In this document: positions 1 to 9,371 of the stretch, piece by piece
Layout of the letters: the number at the start of each line of letters is the position of its first letter
Numbering within the stretch: position 1 is the stretch's first letter
NCBI GenBank assembly: GCA_014859835.1
Contig: JACZKW010000104.1
Coordinates: 1-49,607 of the forward strand
Length of the DNA stretch: 49,607 nt
Direction: 5' to 3'
Source of the DNA: Thermoplasmata archaeon
Lineage (GTDB): Archaea > Thermoplasmatota > Thermoplasmata > UBA10834
Translations under genes and position numbers: made by a program
Notes under the pieces: generated by a model
The model's input: the letters and a program-made list of their open reading frames with translations, nothing else
Database searches by the model: none
Told to the model about the DNA's origin: nothing

Positions 1-539
1 CACTGACCGGGGAGCAGCATGGTCTATCACAGAGGAGCGGTTCCATCAACGTGCACATGAGGATAGGTGAGAGGATCCGATCCCCGCTCATACCCATAGG
101 AGGAGCCGATGCCCTGCTGGCCCTGGAAGCTTTGGAGGCGCTGAGGTATGTGGAGTATCTGCAGCAGGGAGGGGTGGTGCTGATGAATTCCCGCATACAG
201 CATCCCATCGCCGAGACCGCCCTGCATGTCAAGGACAAGAGTGCCACATATTTCTCAGTTGATGAGGTAAGGAGCCGTCTCAGTCAGGTCACGGATAAGA
301 TCGCGGTCATCGATGCACTGGCCCTCGGAAGGGATGCCGGCAACCCGATGACCGAGAATATAGTCATGCTCGGAGCTCTGAGCGTCATCGTGGCATTCCC
401 AGTGCCTGAGGGATCCATCAGGGAGTCCATCGCGGAGAATGTTCCGAAGAAAGCGGTCGATGTCAACCTCAAAGCATTCGAGCTAGGTAAGCAGCATACA
501 TACGAGCATCTGTGCAATGTGATTAAGTGCAGGAAATGA
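1..539 (+). CDS. iorB: Indolepyruvate:ferredoxin oxidoreductase beta subunit (5' truncated by window edge)
   Basis: The frame is open from the window start: EQHGLSQRSGSINVHMRIG, PLIPIGGADALLALEALEALR, GNPMTENIVMLGAL, NLKAFELG. These match IorB/POR-gamma motifs. Confidence 0.85.
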   Translation, partial: LTGEQHGLSQRSGSINVHMRIGERIRSPLIPIGGADALLALEALEALRYVEYLQQGGVVLMNSRIQHPIAETALHVKDKSATYFSVDEVRSRLSQVTDKIAVIDALALGRDAGNPMTENIVMLGALSVIVAFPVPEGSIRESIAENVPKKAVDVNLKAFELGKQHTYEHLCNVIKCRK

Positions 540-556
540 ATCTCGGATGTGATCAT

Positions 557-1483
557 ATGAAGAAGGCTAGATTCGTCAGAGTCGATGTATTCACCAAGAA
601 GCCCTTTGGCGGCAACCCGCTCGCAGTGTTCCCTGATGGGAAGGGATTGACGGATCGGGAGATGCAATCTCTCGCGAAGGAGATGAATCTCTCCGAGACC
701 ACTTTCGTCCTGCCGCCTACCAAGGGGTCCGGAGCTGATTTTAGAGTCAGAATTTTCACACCGGACATGGAGGTACCCTATGCCGGGCATCCTACCATCG
801 GAACTTTCTTCGTTCTGGCAATGGAAGGCAGGATCAGGACCAAGGCCTCTGTGACCAGAGCTATGATGGAAGTCAAGGCGGGCGTCCTGCCAGTGGAAAT
901 CCATTCGAAATCCGGAAAGATATCGAAGGTGGTCACATTCCAGAATAAGCCAGTGTTTGGAAAGCCGTTCGAGGATGTAGAGGGGGTGGCAAAAGCTCTC
1001 ACCCTCAAGACATCAGATTTTGATACGAAACGAATGCCAATCCAATTGGTGTCTACGGGTTTGCCGTGGCTGATCGCACCCGTCAGGACCCTGAAGGCGG
1101 TTGAGATGGCGTCAGGGAACGCCTCCGCGTTCCCCAGGGTTGTAGACAAACTGCCAAAGGATGTATTGGACATATACGTGACATGCCTGGAGACAGTGGA
1201 GAAGACTTCTACGACCCATTCGAGAGGGTTCTCACTGTGCGCGAAGAATATTGTCGAGGACCCCGCGACCGGAAGCGCGAGTGGTTGTTTGGGCGCATAT
1301 CTTGTCCACAACGGATTGGTGGATGTGAAGAACTCGGTCAGGATGATCAATGAACAAGGGTACGAGATAGGGCGCCCGAGCAAGATCGCGATCGAAGTGT
1401 CCACAGACAAAGATGGGGAAATCGACAGCGTCAGTGTCGGAGGCTCTGTCGTGCACATGATGGACGGACAGGCCTATCTGTGA
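557..1483 (+). CDS. PhzF-family isomerase/epimerase
   Basis: VDVFT..PFGGNPLAV, EMNLSETTFV, RIFTP..E.PYAGHPT and EDPATGSA motifs. ATG 557 is preferred over 527. Confidence 0.9.
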   Translation: MKKARFVRVDVFTKKPFGGNPLAVFPDGKGLTDREMQSLAKEMNLSETTFVLPPTKGSGADFRVRIFTPDMEVPYAGHPTIGTFFVLAMEGRIRTKASVTRAMMEVKAGVLPVEIHSKSGKISKVVTFQNKPVFGKPFEDVEGVAKALTLKTSDFDTKRMPIQLVSTGLPWLIAPVRTLKAVEMASGNASAFPRVVDKLPKDVLDIYVTCLETVEKTSTTHSRGFSLCAKNIVEDPATGSASGCLGAYLVHNGLVDVKNSVRMINEQGYEIGRPSKIAIEVSTDKDGEIDSVSVGGSVVHMMDGQAYL

Positions 1484-1487
1484 GACT

Positions 1488-3983
1488 TCACTCTTTGAGC
1501 ATGGGGAGTTCGACCCGGAATACCGCGCCTTTCGTATGATCCCCCGCGACTCTGTCCTCTGCCCAGACACGACCGCCGTATTTCGATGTCAGAGTCTTGA
1601 CCAGATACAGCCCCAGGCCGGACCCTTTCTTCGTAGGCGCGCGACTGAACCTCTGAAAGATCTCCAGCTTGAGATCGTCCGGGACGCCTCGTCCCTTGTC
1701 GGTCACGGACACCACTATTCGATCGATCCCTTCATCCTCGGAGGGCGTCATCGATATCTCTATTTCGACCGGGTCGCTAGAATCGTATTTGATGGCGTTC
1801 GTGAGTATGTTCACGAATAGCTCACGTATCAGCTCATCCGCCTTGACATAGCATGGGCCTGCACTCATGTCCTTCTTGAAGACTATCTTCCTGTTCAGAT
1901 AATATTGCTCCACGCTCTGGATCGATTCAAGGAGCACCTTCCCGAGATCGGTCTTTGCGAGTTTGCTATCGCTCCAAGTGATCCGAGACATTGTCCGAAC
2001 ATCGGCTGCCAGCTTGCTGATGTTCATCACTTGGTCCATGATCTTGTCGATATATACTTCCTGATCAAGCGAGGCAATAGTCGATTTCAGTATGTCCAAA
2101 TAGCCCAATATGGCCTGATTGAAGTTCTTGATATCGTGCGACAACAGGTCGGTATAGAATTCTGCGTTCCTTCTGCTCACGATATGGCCCTGGACCATGT
2201 GAGCGTTCTCCAGCGAAATGCCCACCAGACTGGCGAATATCTCGATGATCTCGATGGTCTCCCTGTCTGGGATCCGGTCGTCTCTTGGTTTGAGGATCTC
2301 GAGATATGCCACCGTCTTGCCCTGGCTGTCGAATATCAGCGTGTCGAGGTAATCTAACTCGTGCCAATATTCCTTTGACTTCCTCGGAAGCTTGAGAAGA
2401 TCCGGTTCAGGATAGTATATCATCTCCCAAGGTTCGAGACGAACGCTCTCGGCGGGAACATAGTAGGTCATTCGACCGACCTTCTTGCACCATAGTACCG
2501 ATGAGTCAAGGCTCCGATGCAGATCCATTTCTGAGATCGTCTCTATCCGATCACTTGGGTAGCTCGTCTTCTTGATGGCCTCGGCTCGTTCCACGTCAAA
2601 CCCGTAGACGGCCCTCACGTCGAATTGCTGTCCATCCTCGCCCCTGAGCGGCAGCACCATCCTCTTTATGCCCAGCAGGTGTGCGAGGGTCTTGAGGACA
2701 TCCTCCAGCATCTCGTCGATGTCTCGAAGGTATAGGATGTTAGATGTGATATCGAATATCCTCGACAGCTGTTCCGTCCTCAGACTACTTAGCCTCAGAG
2801 CGACCTCTTTCTCATGAGATAGTCTCGCGTTCTCGATCGCAACCTCTGCCAACGATGCGAACACCTCGATAATCTCGATCGTGTCTGAGTCGGGGATGCG
2901 CCCATCTTTCGGGGCAGCTGGATATATCACGCCGACCACTCGACCAGTAGAATCATAGAGAGCAAATGGCAATGAGTCACCATCGCGGAATTCTCCTTCC
3001 TCGCGAGGTCTCTTTGATCCCTCGAACTCGTGAGGATTGACGAAATACTCGAGGTTTCGTTTCGGCACATCCTCCATGGGTATGAAGAAGGTCGTCCTCC
3101 CGATCTTACGACTCTCGCGCAAGTCCTCGAGGATGACATCTGTTGGTATCGTCCTTGCCAAGGTCCGTTTCACAGTCTGCTCAGGATATCCGTAGAGAGC
3201 CACCCACTTGAACGCGGCTATTCCCTCATCGTAGATTACGAGCGTTACTCTTTGGAAGTCAAACAGCGACGCGACCGAGGATAGGACCATCTCCGATACC
3301 TTCCGAAGATCTCGTTCAGATACGACCGAGGATGCTATGTTCAGGATGTCCTCCAACATATCGGTCCTTCGGACCATCCTGTCGGAATCCCGGACGATGG
3401 ACACTCGTTCTCGTCCGCGCTCCAGCTCCAATCCGAACATCTGGAGCAGGAGCTGTGCAGCGTCCACATCATCGCGGCAGGGTAATGGTTCGCCATCCTC
3501 ACCACAGGATACTAAATGCACAACAGGTTTCCCCGTTCTGCCTTCAACGATGATGCCCAGGAGATCTCCTTTGGACCAAACAGGGCAGGGTGCGTCGTTC
3601 TCCCTGGAGGAACTCTTTTGGATATCCGCGGATCTTGAAAAATAACCATTGAAACAGAACAGATTCGAATCGACAAAGAGGGACCGGTACCTCTCGGACA
3701 GGTCGCCATCGATGCCTGCGAACTCATCTCCCACCGCACATATCTTCCATTCGGCATGTGGTTCCAATGATTCATGGTCTTCGAACCATAACACTGCACT
3801 CTTTAAACCGAGGAGTGATCTCAGAGAAATAATCATTCTCTCGACAAGGACTGTCGGGTCACTTCCAGATGTGATCGCGGTCAGAATCGATCGAAAGTGA
3901 GGCATTATTCGGCCATCACCCAATGCATCGCCCACTGATGTCTCCGTAGATGCTTTCCCGTTCGGTCTCACTTCACCATCCAC
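1488..3983 (-). CDS. Cytoplasmic multi-GAF sensor histidine kinase
   Basis: Two homologous GAF repeats, each ending RIPD.(D/E)TIEIIE.FASL....(I/L)ENA. H-box LSHDIKN, N-box NILTNAIKY, G1 DKGRGV, G2 GSGLGL. No TM segment seen. Confidence 0.9.
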   Translation of the reverse strand: MDGEVRPNGKASTETSVGDALGDGRIMPHFRSILTAITSGSDPTVLVERMIISLRSLLGLKSAVLWFEDHESLEPHAEWKICAVGDEFAGIDGDLSERYRSLFVDSNLFCFNGYFSRSADIQKSSSRENDAPCPVWSKGDLLGIIVEGRTGKPVVHLVSCGEDGEPLPCRDDVDAAQLLLQMFGLELERGRERVSIVRDSDRMVRRTDMLEDILNIASSVVSERDLRKVSEMVLSSVASLFDFQRVTLVIYDEGIAAFKWVALYGYPEQTVKRTLARTIPTDVILEDLRESRKIGRTTFFIPMEDVPKRNLEYFVNPHEFEGSKRPREEGEFRDGDSLPFALYDSTGRVVGVIYPAAPKDGRIPDSDTIEIIEVFASLAEVAIENARLSHEKEVALRLSSLRTEQLSRIFDITSNILYLRDIDEMLEDVLKTLAHLLGIKRMVLPLRGEDGQQFDVRAVYGFDVERAEAIKKTSYPSDRIETISEMDLHRSLDSSVLWCKKVGRMTYYVPAESVRLEPWEMIYYPEPDLLKLPRKSKEYWHELDYLDTLIFDSQGKTVAYLEILKPRDDRIPDRETIEIIEIFASLVGISLENAHMVQGHIVSRRNAEFYTDLLSHDIKNFNQAILGYLDILKSTIASLDQEVYIDKIMDQVMNISKLAADVRTMSRITWSDSKLAKTDLGKVLLESIQSVEQYYLNRKIVFKKDMSAGPCYVKADELIRELFVNILTNAIKYDSSDPVEIEISMTPSEDEGIDRIVVSVTDKGRGVPDDLKLEIFQRFSRAPTKKGSGLGLYLVKTLTSKYGGRVWAEDRVAGDHTKGAVFRVELPMLKE

Positions 3984-4217
3984 TCTAGAACCAACCCAAA
4001 CACATGATCAAATCAATCGAGCCAACAATGACTCGGGATGTATGGCTGCAATCACATTATCTGGTATTTGAACTCCACTGTGCAATTGTACTGTTATATG
4101 AGGACGGGTCAGTGTGCCATAGTCGACCATCGAGATGATTCGTCCGTGGGCGCCCTTCGGCACAACCGTTAACTACTCGAAATGTGGGATTACACCTGGT
4201 GGTCGACCGTGGGTGAC

Positions 4218-4697
4218 ATGAAAGAAGTGATTGCGGCTGCAATCGAGTTCGAGAGGTTCGGAGCGGAGTACTACATGAGGTTCCATGACCTCGTGAACGG
4301 CAAGGAGGCGAAGAGTCTGATGAAGAGTCTCGCATCCGATGAGAGCGAACATGCAGCTATCCTGAGCAGGGAACTCCAGGTGCTCGGCGGCTCTCACAAG
4401 AAGAGTTCAAAAGAAGAGGTGGAGAAGGGTCTTGCCGAGATATTCCCCAATGATACGAGAGAGGGCGACCTGGGCATCAAGGACGCAGTCTCTGCTATAA
4501 AGCTGGGTATGAAGACGGAGGAGCGCTCCATAGAATTCTATTCCAGGAATGCCTCGATTGCTGCAGTCGGGCTCAAGGACATATTCCTTAAGCTCGAAAG
4601 CATGGAGAGAGAGCATCTGAGGATCCTCCAAGAGAATCTCGAACAGCTCGAGAATAGCGGCGCCTGGTACGGCTATGTGCCTATACTCGAAGGGTGA
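4218..4697 (+). CDS. Ferritin-like / rubrerythrin-family di-iron protein
   Basis: AIEFE...EYY, LASDESEH, AIKLGMKTEERSIEFY and LESMEREH (ExxH pairs). GGTGA RBS precedes ATG 4218. Confidence 0.85.
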   Translation: MKEVIAAAIEFERFGAEYYMRFHDLVNGKEAKSLMKSLASDESEHAAILSRELQVLGGSHKKSSKEEVEKGLAEIFPNDTREGDLGIKDAVSAIKLGMKTEERSIEFYSRNASIAAVGLKDIFLKLESMEREHLRILQENLEQLENSGAWYGYVPILEG

Positions 4698-4775
4698 AGA
4701 CGAAAACGCCGACCCTTCGATGCCAACATTTTTGAGCCACCGGCATAATCACGACACTCTGAGAAGGGAGAGCAG

Positions 4776-6029
4776 TTGGCCAAGGTAAAACCGTTCGGAG
4801 CGTATCACTACAACATATCCAGGTTCGGAAAAGATGTGACGAGGTTCGTGGCACCGCCTTACGACGTGATAGATGGTGTCCTCGAGAAGTCACTGAAGGA
4901 CGATCGGCTCAATATAACCCATATCACACTGGGCAATGAGGATGACTCGTACGAGGTCGCTGCGAAGCGGATGTGCAGATGGCTGCACGATGAGGTCCTC
5001 GTTCACGAAAAAGAAGATTCGTTCTATGTCTATGAGCAGACTTTTCAATCTCCGGATAAGACTCCGAGGGTAAGATCCGGGATCATCGGCCTTGTGAAAC
5101 TGGAGGATTTCTCCACCGGGATGGTCCTACCACATGAACGAACGATCCCGAAACACAAGGCGGACAGGATGGAACTGCTGTCAGCGGTCAAAGGGAACAC
5201 CGAGCAGATCTTCATGCTCTACGACGATCCGAGCGGGAAGATAGAGGAGATGCTGCAGTCCGTGAGGAAGAGAGAGGAGCTGCTAAGGTTCCTCGATAAC
5301 GAAGGAGTACACCACAGGATAATACGCATAGCTGAGAGGGATCTCATCGAGAAGATCTCGTCCGCGATGGCTCCCCTGAAACTACTCATCGCAGATGGCC
5401 ACCATAGATACGAGACTTCGTTGGAGTATAGGAACAAAATGCGATCAAAGGACGGCCACACAGATGAGGAGAGATCTTACGATTTTGTGATGGCGACGAT
5501 GGTCAGCTTCCGGAACCCGGGGCTCGTGATATACTCTACACATCGGATCGTTTCAGGAGTTGACAAGGGCACACTCGACTCATTACAGAAATCCCTCCGC
5601 GAGGATTTCGATATGATTACAGTAGATAGCCCAGAAAGCCTGGCGAACCAGATTAGCCAAGGCCCTGACGGCTCGATAGGTGTATGGATACCGAGTGTGT
5701 CCCTGACGCAGATCGCCAAGCCCAAGGGAGATCTTCCAAAAGACCAAATGGAGAGATTATCCGTGCAGATATTACAGGAGAATGTCCTGAAGAAGAGACT
5801 CGGCTTCACGCAGGAGATGCTCGACAAGAAGGTCAACATCGATTACATCAAGGGTACAGACACGGTCATGAAGATCATGTCGGAAGGGGAGCATGAGATT
5901 TGCTTCTTCGTCAAACCGCCTTCGGCGGATCAAGTGCTCGCGGTCGCTGAAACGGGCCGGAAGATGCCCCAGAAATCGACCTATTTCTTCCCGAAGATAT
6001 GGTCTGGCACTCTGCTATACCTGCAATAG
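4776..6029 (+). CDS. DUF1015-family protein
   Basis: KVKPF, APPYDVI, LPHERT, IADGHHRYET and KMPQKSTYFFPK signatures. TTG start after GGGAGAG. Confidence 0.9.
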   Translation: MAKVKPFGAYHYNISRFGKDVTRFVAPPYDVIDGVLEKSLKDDRLNITHITLGNEDDSYEVAAKRMCRWLHDEVLVHEKEDSFYVYEQTFQSPDKTPRVRSGIIGLVKLEDFSTGMVLPHERTIPKHKADRMELLSAVKGNTEQIFMLYDDPSGKIEEMLQSVRKREELLRFLDNEGVHHRIIRIAERDLIEKISSAMAPLKLLIADGHHRYETSLEYRNKMRSKDGHTDEERSYDFVMATMVSFRNPGLVIYSTHRIVSGVDKGTLDSLQKSLREDFDMITVDSPESLANQISQGPDGSIGVWIPSVSLTQIAKPKGDLPKDQMERLSVQILQENVLKKRLGFTQEMLDKKVNIDYIKGTDTVMKIMSEGEHEICFFVKPPSADQVLAVAETGRKMPQKSTYFFPKIWSGTLLYLQ

Positions 6030-6089
6030 CCAGACATATCACGTCGAAACAGTAAATAGAGACGTCGCCATAACGAGGCAGGGACGCTC

Positions 6090-7736
6090 ATGAAGTACGA
6101 TGTCGGCATTCTCAACGGGCACATAGTGGATGGAGCCGGGAACCCCTGGTACAAGGGAGATATCGGCATATCCGGAAAGACCATCAAGAAGATCGGCAAG
6201 ATCGACCGCAAGGACTGCGAGCGCACGATAGACGCGAAGCAGATGTACGTGTGCCCGGGATTCGTGGACATCCACACTCACTCCGACCTCACAGCGCTGG
6301 TTTTCCCAGGCTGCGACAGCACTCTGAGGCAAGGCGTCACCACACATCTGATAGGCAACTGCGGGCTGTCCGTAGCGCCCTTGAGGGAACCAAATGTCGA
6401 CCTCATGATGACGTACTGGGGAGAATGGGCAGGAACCGGAAAGAAACCGAAATGGAGAACCTTCAAGCAGTACCTGAAGGAGTTCGACAGGAAAGGCATC
6501 GGACACAACATAGCCGCACTTGTCGGCCATGGTGCGATCAGGACCGCGGCGATGGGAGCGGACATGGGCGACCCGACACCGAAGGAACTGAGGCTCATGA
6601 AGGAGCTCGTGGACGAAGCGATGAGCGCTGGAGCCTTCGGGATGTCGACGGGGCTCGTCTATCCTCCAAGCTGCTTCGGCAAGACGCCTGAGATAATCGA
6701 ACTATGCAAGGTGGTCGCTAAGTACGGAGGCATGTACACATCCCATATACGAGGGGAGAGAGAGACCATAGCCGAGGCGATCAAAGAAGCCATTCTCATA
6801 GGCGAGAAGAGCGGAACGAGGGTCGAGATATCCCACAACTGTCCGAAATACGGCGCATGGGGAAGGACCGACGAGACGCTAGGACTCGTGGAAGAGGCCA
6901 TGGAGAAAGGACTCGATGTCACGATCGACAACGACATGCATACCGACCTGGCACCTAGACTGAGTGGTGCGCTCCCGCAATACCTACACGAAATGGACAA
7001 GCCCGACCTTCTCGCTCATGTAGATGAGAAGGATAACAGGAAGAGGATCAAGAAGGAGATCATCGAAGACAAACTCCCGGCGTTCGGACCGTGCGGCCTC
7101 ATGAAACACGGGAAGTTCGACAGGATATTCATCATGCACTGTCCCGGCCAGGAACCGCTGGTTGGTAAGACCATCGAGCAGGTGGCGAAGATGAGAGGGG
7201 ATGACCCGTTCGACACCTATTTCGACATCATGATCGAGAGCAAGGACGAGGCGATCGCGATCTTCGATTACATCAGCGAGGATGACGTCAGGACGCTCAT
7301 GTCCCACCCGCTGATGATGATATCATCAGATTGCGCGACATGGTCCGTGAAGGGGCCGCTGACGGACCCTCCGCCGTACATGCCATGTGCGTTCGGCGAG
7401 TATCCAGGCATACTTGAGAGGTTCGTCAGGGACGACAGGGTCCTGACCATGCAGGATGCGATTCGGAAGATGACGAGCTTCCCGGCACAGAAGATGGGAC
7501 TTCTTGACAGAGGGCTTCTGAGACCTGGCATGCGAGCCGATGTCGCCATCATAGACCTGCCGAACGTGAAGGACAAGGCGACCAACCGATGGCCACATAA
7601 GCATCCGTTCGAGAACTACCCGCATCAGTATCCAGATGGCATACCATACGTCCTCGTGAACGGAAAGATCGCGGTGGACAACGGTCGTCAGATGAAGGTC
7701 AAGGCCGGAGAGGTACTCAGACACCGATGGCCTTGA
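6090..7736 (+). CDS. N-acyl-D-amino-acid deacylase (D-aminoacylase, amidohydrolase family)
   Basis: GHIVDGAG, PGFVDIHTHSD, QGVTT...GNCG, GAFGMSTGLVYPP, SHIRGE, AIRKMTSFPA and DRGLLRPGMRAD. Confidence 0.9.
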   Translation: MKYDVGILNGHIVDGAGNPWYKGDIGISGKTIKKIGKIDRKDCERTIDAKQMYVCPGFVDIHTHSDLTALVFPGCDSTLRQGVTTHLIGNCGLSVAPLREPNVDLMMTYWGEWAGTGKKPKWRTFKQYLKEFDRKGIGHNIAALVGHGAIRTAAMGADMGDPTPKELRLMKELVDEAMSAGAFGMSTGLVYPPSCFGKTPEIIELCKVVAKYGGMYTSHIRGERETIAEAIKEAILIGEKSGTRVEISHNCPKYGAWGRTDETLGLVEEAMEKGLDVTIDNDMHTDLAPRLSGALPQYLHEMDKPDLLAHVDEKDNRKRIKKEIIEDKLPAFGPCGLMKHGKFDRIFIMHCPGQEPLVGKTIEQVAKMRGDDPFDTYFDIMIESKDEAIAIFDYISEDDVRTLMSHPLMMISSDCATWSVKGPLTDPPPYMPCAFGEYPGILERFVRDDRVLTMQDAIRKMTSFPAQKMGLLDRGLLRPGMRADVAIIDLPNVKDKATNRWPHKHPFENYPHQYPDGIPYVLVNGKIAVDNGRQMKVKAGEVLRHRWP

Positions 7737-7739
7737 GGA

Positions 7740-8804
7740 TCAGAGTTCGTATCTCCTGTACTCACCAGTGCATGGGTTCCCGGGACATATCCACGCGACA
7801 TTATGCGTCAGATCTAGGACCGTCGAGAAGACGGTCGATGTCTGCTCGGCCTCGCATAGCGATGGATCGGCATGACGACAGATCGATTCGGGGTATCCTA
7901 CATGGTCGGAGAAGATCTCCTTGAAGGTCGATACCTCCACCTGCCCGAGGTGCTTCTTGAAGAGCTTCTTTGCGCGATTGTAGCGTATGATGGATGAGAT
8001 GCGCGTATGCAAGTCTGTCTCGAACTTCCACATGCGCGGGGACAGATAGTGGTTTGAATGGATCAAGTATCCATCATCCGCGTAGACCGCGTCGAAGGTC
8101 GTGGCGGATCCTTCCATGCTGTATATCTCACCGTTGTGGTCGCAGACGATATTGTTGAAGCTCGAGCCCCTTCCTGCGGGCACGGCGAACCTAAGGGCAT
8201 CGTAAAGGCCTCTCGCGCTGAGGACCTTGCGAGCCGCGAACATCTTCGGGATGCCCAACCTAGAATCGTTCTGAACCAATGCGTTTCCGGTCAGACTTAT
8301 CCCCGCAGCATTCAGACCAATCGTGGGGAGTATGCCTCCATAGCTCACGCCGATGAACCCAGGTTCGCCTGATGGCTTCACACGGACTATCGCGAGGTCC
8401 TTAAAATTATATGGTTCGACATCCTCATTGTGTGCGGCGAACACCGAATCGTCCTTGGTCCATTGGGCGTTGACCGCGATGTCTGTGCAGCCTTTCCCGG
8501 TTCCGGGAAGGTCGCCGACGTCCGCATAGAATTCATCGAACGATAGGCCCGCACCATCGGCATAACCCTCCAACTCCTCGACGTACTCGGGGAAGAACTC
8601 TCTGCTGAGTGGAAGGGTCTTCTTGGCGGCAGAGACAGCCTTGGCCATTGTCATATCTGGCCTTCGGCCCACATCGGCCTTGAAACGCTTATGGATCCTC
8701 ACTGCCTGATCCCTGCATTGCTTGCCGAGGGATACTCCGACCTGGTAGTGACTGCCCGATGCTGCGACTTCCCTGATATCCTTGGCCTCGCGATTCCTTA
8801 CCAT
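7740..8804 (-). CDS. C45-family (AAT-like) autoproteolytic Ntn hydrolase/acyltransferase
   Basis: G|CT nucleophile (KGCTDIA), AHNED, GLNAAGI, HSNHY, ICRH, T.FS and GNPC. Confidence 0.85.
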   Translation of the reverse strand: MVRNREAKDIREVAASGSHYQVGVSLGKQCRDQAVRIHKRFKADVGRRPDMTMAKAVSAAKKTLPLSREFFPEYVEELEGYADGAGLSFDEFYADVGDLPGTGKGCTDIAVNAQWTKDDSVFAAHNEDVEPYNFKDLAIVRVKPSGEPGFIGVSYGGILPTIGLNAAGISLTGNALVQNDSRLGIPKMFAARKVLSARGLYDALRFAVPAGRGSSFNNIVCDHNGEIYSMEGSATTFDAVYADDGYLIHSNHYLSPRMWKFETDLHTRISSIIRYNRAKKLFKKHLGQVEVSTFKEIFSDHVGYPESICRHADPSLCEAEQTSTVFSTVLDLTHNVAWICPGNPCTGEYRRYEL

Positions 8805-8949
8805 CCTGTATCCCCCAGTTCATGTGGTTGCAGAGGCCCAGAACGACATTGCATATCAAAAAACTTCTCAGTGAAGAGAACCACTCGATACAATGATGCA
8901 CATTCTGAATCGCAAAGGTTTATTGTCACGCTTGCTCGTGTTCCCGTGG

Positions 8950-9126
8950 ATGCCCAAGATAGAACTCGAGTACCGGTGCAAGAAATGCGGCAATGCATAC
9001 CCTGCAACGATCAATTATTCTGGCAACGTCAAGGACATAGACTCGGACGATAACCAATCCCGATGCCCGTTCTGCGGGGAATGGAATTGCGCCAGCCCGG
9101 AAGACGTCCGAAAGGCGATTTCCTGA
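8950..9126 (+). CDS. Small zinc-ribbon protein (58 aa)
   Basis: CKKC and CPFC pairs. A BRE/TATA-like AAAGGTTTATT lies about 25 nt upstream of ATG 8950. Confidence 0.65.
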   Translation: MPKIELEYRCKKCGNAYPATINYSGNVKDIDSDDNQSRCPFCGEWNCASPEDVRKAIS

Positions 9127-9371
9127 CGTGACGGAGCTCATGACCGACCAAGTGCATCAAGGTCCGGGAGCATATGTGAGATCTTGCGGGGTGAGTGCTT
9201 GTTCACCGCACAAACACCCCTTAGACATCTGACATATATGCCATGAGCCCGTTTACTTAATATACCCAGCAATTCGAAATATTGTCGGGGAAAGTTCATA
9301 TATTTCGGAAGGCCTTAGCAGTGATTAGTTTCTCCACTAGAAGGTGGAGACAAAGGGAGGATGAGAGAGGC

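Noticed and set aside
557-1483. Phenazine biosynthesis
   Set aside because: Only a lone PhzF-family gene is present, with no phzA/B/D/E/G.
7740-8804. Penicillin biosynthesis (IAT)
   Set aside because: C45 homologs are widespread hydrolases, and no ACV synthetase or IPNS is present.
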